Below the pieces are notes generated by a model that searched no databases, had not been told where the DNA came from, and worked only from the letters and a program-made list of their open reading frames with translations. Shown here one piece after another: positions 49,838-59,950 of a stretch of DNA of 64,000 bases. The stretch lies in the NCBI GenBank assembly GCA_040830765.1, contig JBFOMH010000024.1:1-64000 (forward strand). The letters run 5' to 3'. Made by a program: the position numbers and the translations under genes. Position 1 is the stretch's first letter, and every line of letters starts with the position of its first letter. The DNA comes from Puniceicoccaceae bacterium. Lineage in GTDB: Bacteria; Verrucomicrobiota; Verrucomicrobiia; Opitutales; Oceanipulchritudinaceae.

Positions 49838-50148
49838 ATCTTGACGTTCAAGGGAGTCAGGGTCACCGATTCCTGATCTGTCCGTTCGTAGCGGAAAAGT
49901 TGCGACTTCTGGACATCGACCAGCGAACAAAGGGCCGGCAGGCTGTCCTCCTCCACTCCAAACAAGACAAGATACGGTGTATCCCCGATAATCGGGGTCT
50001 GGGCAGAGAGAGCCTTGATGCCCAACTGGCCCTCCAAATAGAGCGCCAACTGTTCGGCCAGTGACTCTGGTAGCGGCTGGCTCAGATCGACCTTTTGTTT
50101 ATCGATCAGCGCAAACAGGGGAAGCGCATATTCAGCTGCCTCACTCAT
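49834..50148 (-). CDS. hypothetical protein
   Basis: 104-aa ORF overlapping the pgm stop by 4 nt (translational coupling). Confidence 0.6.
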   Translation of the reverse strand: MSEAAEYALPLFALIDKQKVDLSQPLPESLAEQLALYLEGQLGIKALSAQTPIIGDTPYLVLFGVEEDSLPALCSLVDVQKSQLFRYERTDQESVTLTPLNVKI

Positions 50149-52100
50149 TCTCCGGAACGGGCCCTGGCATCCGCCTCAACGGCCTCCTTGATCTGGTTGA
50201 TGGTCCTCGCGGTGGCCTCCTTGGCCGGGGCGAGGTCACCCGGTTGGGTCACATCCTCGCATCCGAACATGTAGAACTTGATCTTCGGTTCAGTCCCGCT
50301 TCCCCGGACAGCGAAGGTATAGCCGTTATCCAACTCGATGAAGTAAAAGTCCTGCTTGGGGATTTCCTTGCCATCTGCGTCCTGCAAGGTCTGGACCCCG
50401 AAGTCTTTCCATCCGACAACCTGGAACCCGCCGATTTCAACCGGAGGCTCGGCACGATAGGAATCGAGGATGCTCTTTATCCGGGCGGCGCCGGAAGCGC
50501 CCTCGTAGTAGATATTGATGACATCCTCGAGGTAATAACCATACCGCAGGTAAACCTCGTCCAGGTAATCGAGGATAGTTTTACCGGCAAGGCTCAGGCT
50601 GGCAGCCATCTCGGCAAACATCAGGACAGCAGCATTGGCATCCTTGTCCCGCAGGCGGTCTGAAGCAAGGTAGCCATAACTTTCCTCCCCACCGAATACG
50701 TAGAAGGTACTGTGCTCAAGGAGCCATTCGCGGCGCTGTGACAGCGGAATCGCATCATATTCACCTGGGTCAATACCGGCATCCTTTAAAGCATCCATCA
50801 ACTGCTGCTCGTAGTTCTTCAGCTTTTCCCCGATCCACTTGAATCCGGTCAACGTATCAATGACCTTGAGGCCGTTCTTTTCAGCAATGGCAGCCTGCAG
50901 TGGGGTCGTGACGAAAGTCTTGATGAGAGCGGCATTTCGGGTTCCCTCCTTCGGCAGGTACCCCAACTCCTTCATCTTCTCGATGCGGTACGCGGCGAGC
51001 AGGGATCCAATCATATTGCCGCTCAGGAGAACCATCTCCCCGGAGTCGTCCCGGACGGCAACTCCCATGCGGTCTGCATCCGGATCTGTGGCCATGACGA
51101 TGTCGGCTCCGGATGATTTGGCCTGCTCGATGGCCATGCTGAGTGCCTCCGCATTTTCCGGATTCGGGGAAACAACTGTAGGGAACCGGCTGTCCTGAAA
51201 CATTTGCTCAGGCACCGTATCTACCTGCAGTCCGAACTCAGCCAGGGCCGCAGGCGCTGAGATGCCCCCCGTTCCATGAATCGGACTAAAGACGATTTTC
51301 GGCGCCGCTTTCTCGAAAACGGTGGCGTCGAGGAGGTTTTCCTTAAGCGCCTCCATGTAGGCTGCATCCTCTGGCTCGCCGAGCACCTTGACCCCGTCGA
51401 GGTTGATGTCGAGGTAGGCGGGGGTGGAGTCCATCTTTACCTGGTAAACCTCATGGATGATCCCTTCGGCATGCGGATACACCACTTGGGCACCATCCTC
51501 GAAATAGACCTTGTACCCATTGTCATGGGCTGGATTGTGACTGGCTGTAATGACAATTCCTGCGGTGGCCTTGGTGTGTCGGACCGTAAAGCTGAGCTGT
51601 GGCGTGGACCGGGGACCGTCAAAAATCATCGCTTCTCCACCGAGGCTGGACCAGGTCGAAGCCGTCAATTCGCAGAAGTAGCGGGAAAAGTGCCGTACAT
51701 CATGGGCTATGACCAGTTTCGGAACACCCTTTCCATCAAGGTAACGCTCGCAATATCGATAGAGGCCAATTGTTGCCCGGATGATGTTGAAGTCATTGAG
51801 CACCGCTGTACCGACCGCCGCATGCTCAGGTGTTGCCTGGGGTCCAGGGGTGCCCTTCTCCGCAGCTGTGACATACCGACCAATGGTACGGTTCCGCATA
51901 CCGCCTGTGCCAAAGGCGAGAAACTGGTAAAACCGGTCATTCAACTCCTCCCACTGGTTTTCCTGCACCAGTTCCCGGATGCTCTCCATGGCCCATTCCG
52001 GTAAAAATCCACCGCTGACCCAGTCACCCAGGTTGTTGACACTGGATTCGAGCAGCTTGCCCGCTTCCCCAGCCTTTTTGATCGCTTCCAACATCTCCAT
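50145..52100 (-). CDS. phosphoglucomutase/phosphomannomutase family protein
   Basis: FGTGGMR, ITASHNP, TDPDADR, GEESYG and RGSGTEPKIK. Confidence 0.94.
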   Translation of the reverse strand: MEMLEAIKKAGEAGKLLESSVNNLGDWVSGGFLPEWAMESIRELVQENQWEELNDRFYQFLAFGTGGMRNRTIGRYVTAAEKGTPGPQATPEHAAVGTAVLNDFNIIRATIGLYRYCERYLDGKGVPKLVIAHDVRHFSRYFCELTASTWSSLGGEAMIFDGPRSTPQLSFTVRHTKATAGIVITASHNPAHDNGYKVYFEDGAQVVYPHAEGIIHEVYQVKMDSTPAYLDINLDGVKVLGEPEDAAYMEALKENLLDATVFEKAAPKIVFSPIHGTGGISAPAALAEFGLQVDTVPEQMFQDSRFPTVVSPNPENAEALSMAIEQAKSSGADIVMATDPDADRMGVAVRDDSGEMVLLSGNMIGSLLAAYRIEKMKELGYLPKEGTRNAALIKTFVTTPLQAAIAEKNGLKVIDTLTGFKWIGEKLKNYEQQLMDALKDAGIDPGEYDAIPLSQRREWLLEHSTFYVFGGEESYGYLASDRLRDKDANAAVLMFAEMAASLSLAGKTILDYLDEVYLRYGYYLEDVINIYYEGASGAARIKSILDSYRAEPPVEIGGFQVVGWKDFGVQTLQDADGKEIPKQDFYFIELDNGYTFAVRGSGTEPKIKFYMFGCEDVTQPGDLAPAKEATARTINQIKEAVEADARARSGE

Positions 52101-52119
52101 ATCAATCTCCCTGAAATTC

Positions 52120-53550
52120 CTATTTCAAAATGACTCCATCGGTGATGGCCGGCTTCTCCTCCAGGGCAAGCCAGCTTTTCACAAATGCGTCCTGACTATC
52201 TCCAAATCGTGGACTGACCTCGAATAAGAAAGCTGGCAGCCCGGTTTCATCCGTGGCCAGCTCGACGCCCGCCGCCCCCAGCCACCGGGTCCATTGGCGG
52301 ATTTGGTCAGCCCTGCTGGACTCGGCGGAGTCAATGCCGGTGGCATTCTTGACCGGGCTGAAGTCATCCTCCCGCAAGGTCTCGATGACTACCGGATTCC
52401 CGGCAAACGGCAGCGCATCGAAGACAAACATCTCAAATTTGACTCCATTTGGCTCCTCGGGGAGAATCGGATTCCCGTCGCTGTCGATGGTCTTGACCTT
52501 TTTCACCGCCTTGTGGAAAGGCAGGCGCGCCTCGGCATCACCTCCGCCAATACGGGCAACAAAGTCCACATCGAGAATGTGAATCGCGATACTGCCGGCG
52601 AGATAACGCAATGCATTGTCCGCATCCCGCTCCTCCTGCATCTCCATAGGCATGTCGGAGTACTCCAGGACAACCATCTTGTCATCCTGCTGGCAGAACA
52701 TCCCCACCTTCTCTCCCGGATAAGCCTTCGGGATCATCTTGCTCGACATCTCCGACTTTTTCCCAAGGTGGAAACCGATGAAGGCCGGGTCAATGACCTG
52801 GACCAGCGGATTATCGACCTGGAAGTAGCTGATGGCCTCAATGCCGGATTGTTTCATCCGCTCGACAGCCCCACTTCGGACCAGCGCCCGCAAAGATCCG
52901 CCATGACCGTCCGGTGACATGGATATGGAGCCCGGACTATCCATCATGATGCGCCCGGAAAAGTCCACGGCCGGCATTCGACCCTGGGAGAAGAACATCA
53001 CCTGGTCAGCAGCCAGGCCAAAGTAACCAGCTTCCTCAAAAGCGGCCACAGTGGCCTCGTGGTTAACCGAGCTGGTCATGATAAACCAGGGAATCCGTAT
53101 TCCGTACCGGTCCCCCGCGGCCAGCAGTTTGTCTGCGAAGACCCCGAAAAGCGGCTTTCCCTGGACCGGTGTGACAGGAAATGTGCCCTTTGGTCCATCA
53201 AAGCCCAGCCTGGTACCCTGCCCCCCGGCTACCGTGAAGGCAGCCACTTTTCCAGCCCTCAATACGGTCTCACCCAGGCGTTTCGCCTCTGCCCACTGTT
53301 CCGCGTCCCCACCACTATGGGGATGCTTGATATAGGGCGCTGGCTCCAGACCATCGAGAGAAAGCGCTTCAATGTCCGTTCCCTTGACAAGGGTCTCCAC
53401 CAGATGCTGGATTTCCGAGAGGTCGATGGAAGCGGCCTCCTCCAACAGCTGGGATTGCGCCGCCTCATCAAGCTGCTCCCAGAATGCAAAAACATGTCCC
53501 TGCCCGGCGGCTTCAAACCGTTCCTTTTCCGAAGTGAAAGTATGCGTCAT
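52120..53550 (-). CDS. UDPGP/UAP1-type UDP-N-acetylhexosamine pyrophosphorylase
   Basis: AGGQGTRLGFDGPKG, PDGHGG, QVDNPL, EYSD, KFEMFVFD and FSPVKNA. Confidence 0.9.
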   Translation of the reverse strand: MTHTFTSEKERFEAAGQGHVFAFWEQLDEAAQSQLLEEAASIDLSEIQHLVETLVKGTDIEALSLDGLEPAPYIKHPHSGGDAEQWAEAKRLGETVLRAGKVAAFTVAGGQGTRLGFDGPKGTFPVTPVQGKPLFGVFADKLLAAGDRYGIRIPWFIMTSSVNHEATVAAFEEAGYFGLAADQVMFFSQGRMPAVDFSGRIMMDSPGSISMSPDGHGGSLRALVRSGAVERMKQSGIEAISYFQVDNPLVQVIDPAFIGFHLGKKSEMSSKMIPKAYPGEKVGMFCQQDDKMVVLEYSDMPMEMQEERDADNALRYLAGSIAIHILDVDFVARIGGGDAEARLPFHKAVKKVKTIDSDGNPILPEEPNGVKFEMFVFDALPFAGNPVVIETLREDDFSPVKNATGIDSAESSRADQIRQWTRWLGAAGVELATDETGLPAFLFEVSPRFGDSQDAFVKSWLALEEKPAITDGVILK

Positions 53551-53604
53551 CGAGGCGGTATCTTGCCAACCCGACAGCGGATGAAAAGCAATTTTCCAGA
53601 AAGA

Positions 53605-53895
53605 TCAGGGATTCTCGAACCGGAAAACGATTTCCCCGGGTTCGACATAGCCCAGCCGGTCACGGATGACCCGCTCCACGAATTCCGGCTCATTCAAGAA
53701 GGCCCTCAGGTATGCTTCCTTGGCCTCACGCTCCTTTTTGATACTCGCCAGCTCTGCCTTGGCCTGGATGTGGCTTTCCTCGTAGGTCACCAATTCCCGC
53801 TTGGTCTGGGTAAAGACTAGAACCAGCCCGGTGGATACTCCGGACAGGATTACAATCAAAAGAACGAGAAGAATTCTTGAGGCCCAACGCAGCAT
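53605..53895 (-). CDS. septum formation initiator (FtsB/DivIC family)
   Basis: TM, coiled coil, then VERVIRDRLGYVEPGEIVF. Confidence 0.85.
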   Translation of the reverse strand: MLRWASRILLVLLIVILSGVSTGLVLVFTQTKRELVTYEESHIQAKAELASIKKEREAKEAYLRAFLNEPEFVERVIRDRLGYVEPGEIVFRFENP

Positions 53896-53992
53896 TGTGC
53901 AGAATAAAAGTTAAATCCAAGTAAATGTCAGCAATAAATACGAATGAAGAATTGCCTGATGACCGGGTTCACGATGCTATTGGACATTATCC

Positions 53993-54802
53993 ATGTATAA
54001 GGAGTTCTATGGCCTGAAGGAAATGCCCTTCAATATCACCCCGGATCCGCACTTCCTGTTCTTTTCCCCGGTGCATCAGGAAGCGATTCAGCATCTGCGT
54101 TACGGGATTTCCGAGAAGAAGGGTTTTATCGTCCTGACCGGCGAGGTCGGCTGTGGCAAAACCACCCTTTGCCGCTACCTGCTCAACGAAATCGACGACA
54201 AACCCATTGAAACAGCGCTGATTCTCAATCCCCGGGTCTCGGAAACCCAGCTTTTGCAGGCCATCCTCCGGGAACTGGGTGTGGAGAAAGTGAAGCGCTC
54301 CCGGCAGGAACTGCTGGAACAACTCAATGTCCTTCTCTTGAAGCTCAATGAGGAAGGAAAGGACATCGTCCTTATTATCGACGAGTCGCAAAACATGACC
54401 TTTGAGGCTCTCGAGCACATTCGTCTCCTCTCCAATCTCGAGACCAATACACAAAAGCTTTTACAAATCATTCTCATTGGCCAACCGGAACTGAAGGAAA
54501 AGCTTCAGCACGAAAGCCTGCGCCAGCTCCGGCAGCGAATCCTCGTCCACTATGACCTGCGTCCGCTGAGCATGGAAGAGATGCAGCAATACATCCGGTA
54601 CCGGCTCATCATCGCCGGGGCCAACGGCCGGCCGGAGTTTACCAAGTCCGCCATGAAGAAGATTTACAAGACCAGCCGGGGGATTCCGAGGCTGGTCAAC
54701 AACTTGTGCGACAAGTCACTCTTGTCGGCATTCATCAAGTCCCGGGATGTCATCAACTGGTGGGATGTCCGCCGGGCTGCCAAGGAGATGAAGAAGTTAT
54801 GA
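53993..54802 (+). CDS. ExeA/GspA-like AAA ATPase
   Basis: MYKEFYGLKEMPF..TPDP, GEVGCGKT, IDESQ, GQPEL, RQRI and GIPRLVN. Confidence 0.92.
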   Translation: MYKEFYGLKEMPFNITPDPHFLFFSPVHQEAIQHLRYGISEKKGFIVLTGEVGCGKTTLCRYLLNEIDDKPIETALILNPRVSETQLLQAILRELGVEKVKRSRQELLEQLNVLLLKLNEEGKDIVLIIDESQNMTFEALEHIRLLSNLETNTQKLLQIILIGQPELKEKLQHESLRQLRQRILVHYDLRPLSMEEMQQYIRYRLIIAGANGRPEFTKSAMKKIYKTSRGIPRLVNNLCDKSLLSAFIKSRDVINWWDVRRAAKEMKKL

Positions 54803-55479
54803 GTTTGATCAATGAAGCCCTGAAGAAGGCACAGCCCGAACGATCCGGCACCCCTCCTCCGGTACCTCCAAAGCATCTGGAGATGCCCCAAGTGCCGCCG
54901 AGTGAACCCCCGAAGCGGAAACGCAACTACTTGTGGGGATTCCTCATGGCCGTGGTCATTGTTGCCCTTTTCAGCGCTCTTGTGACGACTTTCCTGGTCT
55001 ACCAGATTCTCGGCGATGAAGACGGTACAACCGCACCGGCCGAAACGGCCGCAGTGGAGCCGACAGAAACCGCTCCGGCACAGGTGTGGGAGAAATTGCC
55101 GGATGAAGAAGCGACCTCAACTGCCGTGGCGGAAGTAGAAACAACCGCGGTAAGCCTTCCCACTGGTGACAGTCGCATCGCCGATGAAGTTGAGGAACTT
55201 CCTGCCTCAGAGGCCGTGGCAACGGTTGAGGAGTCACCGCCCGCGCCACCGGCCAAGCCCAATCCGGCAGTTTGGGCACGCCTGCAGGAACTGGAAATTC
55301 GCGGTATCATGTCCGGAGGCGAAAAGGTTCTGATTTTCGACACCAGCACGGGAAAGACCAAGAGCTACACCCCCGGAGACGTCCTTGACGGATCCCTTGC
55401 CCTCAGTATTTCTTCAATTGAAAGCGACGCAATCCTGTTCGAAGATTATGGCGGAATCATCCACACCAAATCCTTTTGA
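54799..55479 (+). CDS. bitopic membrane protein, ExeB/GspB-like
   Basis: MSLINEALKKAQ start, single TM, low-complexity linker, small beta-rich C-terminal domain; ATGA overlap with the ATPase. Confidence 0.65.
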   Translation: MSLINEALKKAQPERSGTPPPVPPKHLEMPQVPPSEPPKRKRNYLWGFLMAVVIVALFSALVTTFLVYQILGDEDGTTAPAETAAVEPTETAPAQVWEKLPDEEATSTAVAEVETTAVSLPTGDSRIADEVEELPASEAVATVEESPPAPPAKPNPAVWARLQELEIRGIMSGGEKVLIFDTSTGKTKSYTPGDVLDGSLALSISSIESDAILFEDYGGIIHTKSF

Positions 55480-56392
55480 GCCAGAGCTGCCTAAGGACTC
55501 CACTGAACCGAAGCCCGATCCGGAGAAAGAATTACCGGAGGAGGCTCCGGAACCTCCGGCCAATCGCGAACTGAAATTGAAGCCTATTGTTCCCACGGAA
55601 CCGGAGGAAAAGGAACAGAAACTGAAGCTGAAGCAGATTCTGACACCACTTTCCCCCCACCTGACAGCACCACGGCCTGATGCCCCGGAGTCGGTTCCCA
55701 AGAAGAAATCGTTCACTCCAAGCCCCAAGGCAGTCCCCATTGAGCCGGAACCGGAACTGACCGAGGACGAATTGGCCGCCCGGGCCAGTGCCGGGGGACC
55801 CAAGGTGGAAGCGCCTTCCCCGGAAATTGAATCCTCCCCTCCCACTCCGGAGGAACTTGGACTCCAGCCAGGAGATGAGCAAGAGGGGCAACCTCCTGCC
55901 GGGGAAGAAAAGCCGGCTGCCGACCAAAAGACCAAGGTTGCGAAAAAAGCCGCCCCGGCCAAACCCAAGGCCCGCAAGCTCGTCGTGGCCTTGCTGGTCC
56001 CGGTTGTCCTGCTGGCCGCCATTGCCTACATTATCAATTCCCTCTTTGATCCCTTTGGGTTGAAAATCGCGCCGATAGAACAATTGCCGGACTTGGCCCT
56101 GAAACAGCAGACCCCTGACACAAAGTCCCTTTCCACAGACGAATCCGACTCGAATCAACTTCTGGACGCGATTGAAATGGAATCCATTGATGGGTACTTG
56201 GCACTGCTGGAGGAACAAACTGTTTTGGCCGCATCCAGCCACAATGGCTTGTTTATTAACGCCGTTTTTTACCGCAGTGGCGCAGTCCTCAATCCACGGT
56301 ACGGACTGAAAGTGGTCTCTGTGGACGGAGACAGCCAATCCGTGCTCCTTGAGGATGCTGAAGGCCAGTCCTATCGCATTGCCATGCGCTGA
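55448..56392 (+). CDS. bitopic membrane protein with long Pro/Glu-rich N-terminal region
   Basis: Low-complexity N-terminus, one TM, beta-rich C-terminal domain. Confidence 0.65.
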   Translation: MAESSTPNPFEPELPKDSTEPKPDPEKELPEEAPEPPANRELKLKPIVPTEPEEKEQKLKLKQILTPLSPHLTAPRPDAPESVPKKKSFTPSPKAVPIEPEPELTEDELAARASAGGPKVEAPSPEIESSPPTPEELGLQPGDEQEGQPPAGEEKPAADQKTKVAKKAAPAKPKARKLVVALLVPVVLLAAIAYIINSLFDPFGLKIAPIEQLPDLALKQQTPDTKSLSTDESDSNQLLDAIEMESIDGYLALLEEQTVLAASSHNGLFINAVFYRSGAVLNPRYGLKVVSVDGDSQSVLLEDAEGQSYRIAMR

Positions 56393-56448
56393 ACCAGCGC
56401 GGGAGACAAGGCTGGACCCCGTACTCTCCATCCCCTAAGGTGGACCCC

Positions 56449-57726
56449 ATGGATGATGCCACCATTCCGTTTCTTCACACCCTTGTCGTCAGCATAAGTG
56501 TCGGTGCCCTTATTGGTCTCATTCGCCAGTGGTCGGATGAGCATGATGGCCTCCAGACGGAAACAAGTGCCGGAGTCAGGACCTATTCCCTGTGGAGTCT
56601 GGTCGGATTCCTCTCCGCTTACATCCATGAAGTACATGCCTCCTTCTTCCTACCCGTTTCATTCGCCACCTTCGGCATTTTTCTCATTGCCGCCAACAGT
56701 CTCGACAAATCTGACCACAAGGGGATTGGACTGACAAGTTACTCGGCCGCCATCCTCACCTTCCTGGTCGGCTCCCTCATTTTCTGGCAGCAATTACAGG
56801 CGGCCATCGCTATTGCAGTCGCTATCGGAATCCTGCTTGCCTCGAAACCCTTTGTCCACCGCTGGACCCGCAACCTGACCAATGAGGACATCCTCAGCCT
56901 GCTGCAGTTCCTTGCGGTGACCGGTCTCATCCTGCCACTCGTCCCAAATCAGGGGTTCGGTCCACTGGAAGCCTTTAACCCCTACAATATCTGGTTGATG
57001 GTGGTTCTCATCAGCGGATTGGGATTTATCGGGTACGTGGCCATGCGGCTTCTGGGAACCCGCGCCGGGATCACTGTCACCGGCCTTGCCGGAGGGCTGG
57101 CTTCTTCCACAGCGACCACGCTGGCCCTGGCCCGGAACAGTCGGGATACCCCCGAAATTGCGCCTTCCCTCGCCACTGGAATCGTTATCGCGAATACCGT
57201 CATGTTTGGGCGCATCGGCGTCATTATCCTGGCCATCAACCAGAACCTGTTCTTTGAAATCCTTGTCCCTCTGGTCATCATGGCCACGCCCACCAGCCTC
57301 TTCCTCATTGGGCAATATTTCATGGCCAGGCGCGATTCTGGGGAAATTGAACTACCAAGCCTGCGGAATCCTCTTTCTCTCAAGCTGGCCATCAAGTTTG
57401 CCCTGCTGTACGCCATCATTGTCTTTCTCGTCAAGGCAGTCTCTGAATACGGCGACGGGTCGGGATTCTATTCCATTTCCTTCCTGTCCGGTCTCACGGA
57501 CATGGACGCCATTGCCCTCTCGCTGGCCAATGCCGAAAATGCGGCCACCGTGGCCACGGAACTGGCCGGGGCGGGTATCGTTATCGGGGCCTTCGCCAAC
57601 ACACTCTTCAAGACCAGCATCGGCGTCTGGCTGGGGCATACCAAGCTTCGCCTGCCACTTCTGATGGGTATGGTTCCGATGCTTCTGGCCAGCGGGGCCG
57701 GGCTACTGTGGATCCTTTTTATTTAA
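56449..57726 (+). CDS. MgtC/SapB-DUF4010 family membrane protein
   Basis: GALIGLIR..AGVRT, LPLVPN, GGLASSTATT and SGLTDMDAI motifs. Confidence 0.88.
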   Translation: MDDATIPFLHTLVVSISVGALIGLIRQWSDEHDGLQTETSAGVRTYSLWSLVGFLSAYIHEVHASFFLPVSFATFGIFLIAANSLDKSDHKGIGLTSYSAAILTFLVGSLIFWQQLQAAIAIAVAIGILLASKPFVHRWTRNLTNEDILSLLQFLAVTGLILPLVPNQGFGPLEAFNPYNIWLMVVLISGLGFIGYVAMRLLGTRAGITVTGLAGGLASSTATTLALARNSRDTPEIAPSLATGIVIANTVMFGRIGVIILAINQNLFFEILVPLVIMATPTSLFLIGQYFMARRDSGEIELPSLRNPLSLKLAIKFALLYAIIVFLVKAVSEYGDGSGFYSISFLSGLTDMDAIALSLANAENAATVATELAGAGIVIGAFANTLFKTSIGVWLGHTKLRLPLLMGMVPMLLASGAGLLWILFI

Positions 57727-57730
57727 CAGC

Positions 57731-58963
57731 CTAAGGACCGAGCAGCAATACTTCGCCGGAAGGTTTCTGGCCGGGCTCAAAGGCATCCTCGGCCGTTATG
57801 AGGATTTCTGTCGGCGTGTATTGTGGTTCATCCACAGCATAGAAGAACGAGCCGGTGCCGTTATCCAATTCAGGCAGATAGCCTACCGGAATATAGGGAT
57901 CAAGGTCACTGGCCCGTACCCACAGGAAGGCATCTCTCCCCTGGCCGGGTTGGGGAAGATTGTAAATATCAAGGAATCCCTTCTGCTCGTCGTCCCGCCA
58001 AACGGAAAAGCCCATTGCTGAATCCCGGGTTGTACTGACGGTTTCGTCTCCGCCAAGGGAAGGAACCGTATCCGTTGAACGCGTAGTCTGGGGGATGGGA
58101 TTGGAAAGACTGCTGGCACCCAGCGCAGAACCGGGATCGATGGCGGCATCAGTCGGCAATCCGGCTCCCTCGACCACTGGACCGACAAATTCCTCACTGC
58201 CTACGCCGGCAATGTTGCCTTCGCCGGTCAGGAATCGGCCCGCCAGATCCGCAAATCCTTTGCGCGGCTGCTGGCTGTCGAACGCCTGGACATCGACCAT
58301 TTCGATGACAGTGAAGCGGCTCAATCCGTCCTTCGATTCAAAGAACGGCAGGACCCGGGCGGCCAGGTGCATGTACTCCCTTTGCCATCCGGCATTGAAC
58401 TGGCGCACTTCCTTGTTTTCCGCCTCCAGCTTGGAGCGGGCCTCCATCAGCCTCTGTAATTCGGATTCCCGTTCCGTGAGTTGAGTCCGGAGTCGGGAAA
58501 TACGCGCTTCAAGGGTCCTTGCATCGATATTACTGGTCGCTATGGCCTTGGCGGATTCCACAAGCCCCGGGCCTTCACTCCCACTCACCCGTGACAGAAG
58601 ATCCTTTGTCCGGACACTCGATTGCCCGCCGACGATAAAGACCAGGATGAGGTTCATCATCAATAGCAGGCTGGCCGCCGCCGCCCAGATATAGCTCCAG
58701 GGAATAGCCGTTACCGGCTCCTTGGGCGAGGGGACACTTGCCTCCTCCGCACTGAGTTTTTCATGAATCCCAGCCAACAGATCCATCCGCCGCGGTCCCT
58801 CCGCTTTCCTCAATCCCGAATGGAGGCCTTCAGACAACTCATGAACGAGGTCACACAGTTCGGGCGAATTCTCCAACTGTGCCTCGAAGTCCTTCCGCTC
58901 GCCTGATTCCAGCAGGTCGAGAACGTAAAGGGCTGCCAACTCCTCTGAGCGTGTATTAACCAT
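57731..58963 (-). CDS. RskA-like anti-sigma factor (TM plus coiled coil)
   Basis: EELAALYVLDLL...FEAQL N-terminus, TM, C-terminal NLPQP...LW...ITAE...PSG.VLL.G. Confidence 0.75.
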   Translation of the reverse strand: MVNTRSEELAALYVLDLLESGERKDFEAQLENSPELCDLVHELSEGLHSGLRKAEGPRRMDLLAGIHEKLSAEEASVPSPKEPVTAIPWSYIWAAAASLLLMMNLILVFIVGGQSSVRTKDLLSRVSGSEGPGLVESAKAIATSNIDARTLEARISRLRTQLTERESELQRLMEARSKLEAENKEVRQFNAGWQREYMHLAARVLPFFESKDGLSRFTVIEMVDVQAFDSQQPRKGFADLAGRFLTGEGNIAGVGSEEFVGPVVEGAGLPTDAAIDPGSALGASSLSNPIPQTTRSTDTVPSLGGDETVSTTRDSAMGFSVWRDDEQKGFLDIYNLPQPGQGRDAFLWVRASDLDPYIPVGYLPELDNGTGSFFYAVDEPQYTPTEILITAEDAFEPGQKPSGEVLLLGP

Positions 58964-59543
58964 CTCCCTCTAGATACAGTTTTCTCAAGCGCATGAGTCC
59001 GCGGCGCAAGTCCGATTTGACCGTGCCGAGCGGTTTGTCCAGTTTGTTTGAAATTTCATGATGGGTATAGCCTTCCAATAATGCCAATCCAATTATTTCC
59101 CGCTGTGAATCATTGAGCCCGGCGAGGCTTTCCTGAACCCAGCGGTACTCCAGATTCCGGTGAATCTCCGCCTTGGCATTACCTGGGGTTTTGTCCCCCA
59201 CAAGCGGCATTTGTTCCGTCTTTTCCTCCGTCAAGACAGGACGGGAGCGCTTTTTCCGCAGCAGGTCGAAGGCAAGGCGTTTCCCGATTGTCACCAACCA
59301 GGCGAAGGGTGCCCCGAGTTTCGGATTGTAGCGGGTAGCATTCCGGTAGGCTTTGATGAATGTATCCTGCAGGACTTCCTCCGCTTCAAAATCGTCATTG
59401 ACGATTCGCCTGAATAGACTCAGCAGCGGAAGGTGATAGAGACTATACAAGGCGTCGAGAGCTTCCATTTCCCCGTCCGCCATTTTTACAATCCACGAGG
59501 CAGCCAGCTTGTCTTCGGCACTGAATCTGGGGGGGAGTTTCAT
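58956..59543 (-). CDS. ECF RNA polymerase sigma factor (SigK-like)
   Basis: AEEVLQDTF, FAWLVTI and EGYTHHEIS..L..PLGTVKS. Confidence 0.9.
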   Translation of the reverse strand: MKLPPRFSAEDKLAASWIVKMADGEMEALDALYSLYHLPLLSLFRRIVNDDFEAEEVLQDTFIKAYRNATRYNPKLGAPFAWLVTIGKRLAFDLLRKKRSRPVLTEEKTEQMPLVGDKTPGNAKAEIHRNLEYRWVQESLAGLNDSQREIIGLALLEGYTHHEISNKLDKPLGTVKSDLRRGLMRLRKLYLEGDG

Positions 59544-59950
59544 TTCGAGCGCTTTTCCAGCCAGGCAATCACTGCCAATGCGGCCATTAGGCCAAGGTTC
59601 CTTAACAAGGCCATGGACACGCCCGACTCCCCAATTGTTCCAAGACACCCACATTTAATGTCCAGACCCCTCACCAGGGCGCTGAACAAGGCCACCTGGA
59701 AAAAACAGAGCAGCCCGAAAAGCAGCCATGTGGCGGCCAGCCGCAGTCTCGGCATAACCAGTCCCAAGGCCCAGATGACCTCACTCCATGGAAGCCACAA
59801 AGCGGCGAGAGCGGCCCAATGGACACCAACGATCCGATAACGGAGGATGGATTGTGCGAAAGCATCGGGTTCGGCCAACTTGCCGAGACCAGCAAGAAGG
59901 AAGAATCCCCCTGCCAGGATTATCAGGAGCCATCGAATCCAGGTTTTCAT
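59540..59950 (-). CDS. MauE/DoxX family membrane protein
   Basis: AGLGKL..P..F...I..Y, LPWSE, RGLDIKCGCLG and LLRN. Confidence 0.85.
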   Translation of the reverse strand: MKTWIRWLLIILAGGFFLLAGLGKLAEPDAFAQSILRYRIVGVHWAALAALWLPWSEVIWALGLVMPRLRLAATWLLFGLLCFFQVALFSALVRGLDIKCGCLGTIGESGVSMALLRNLGLMAALAVIAWLEKRSK

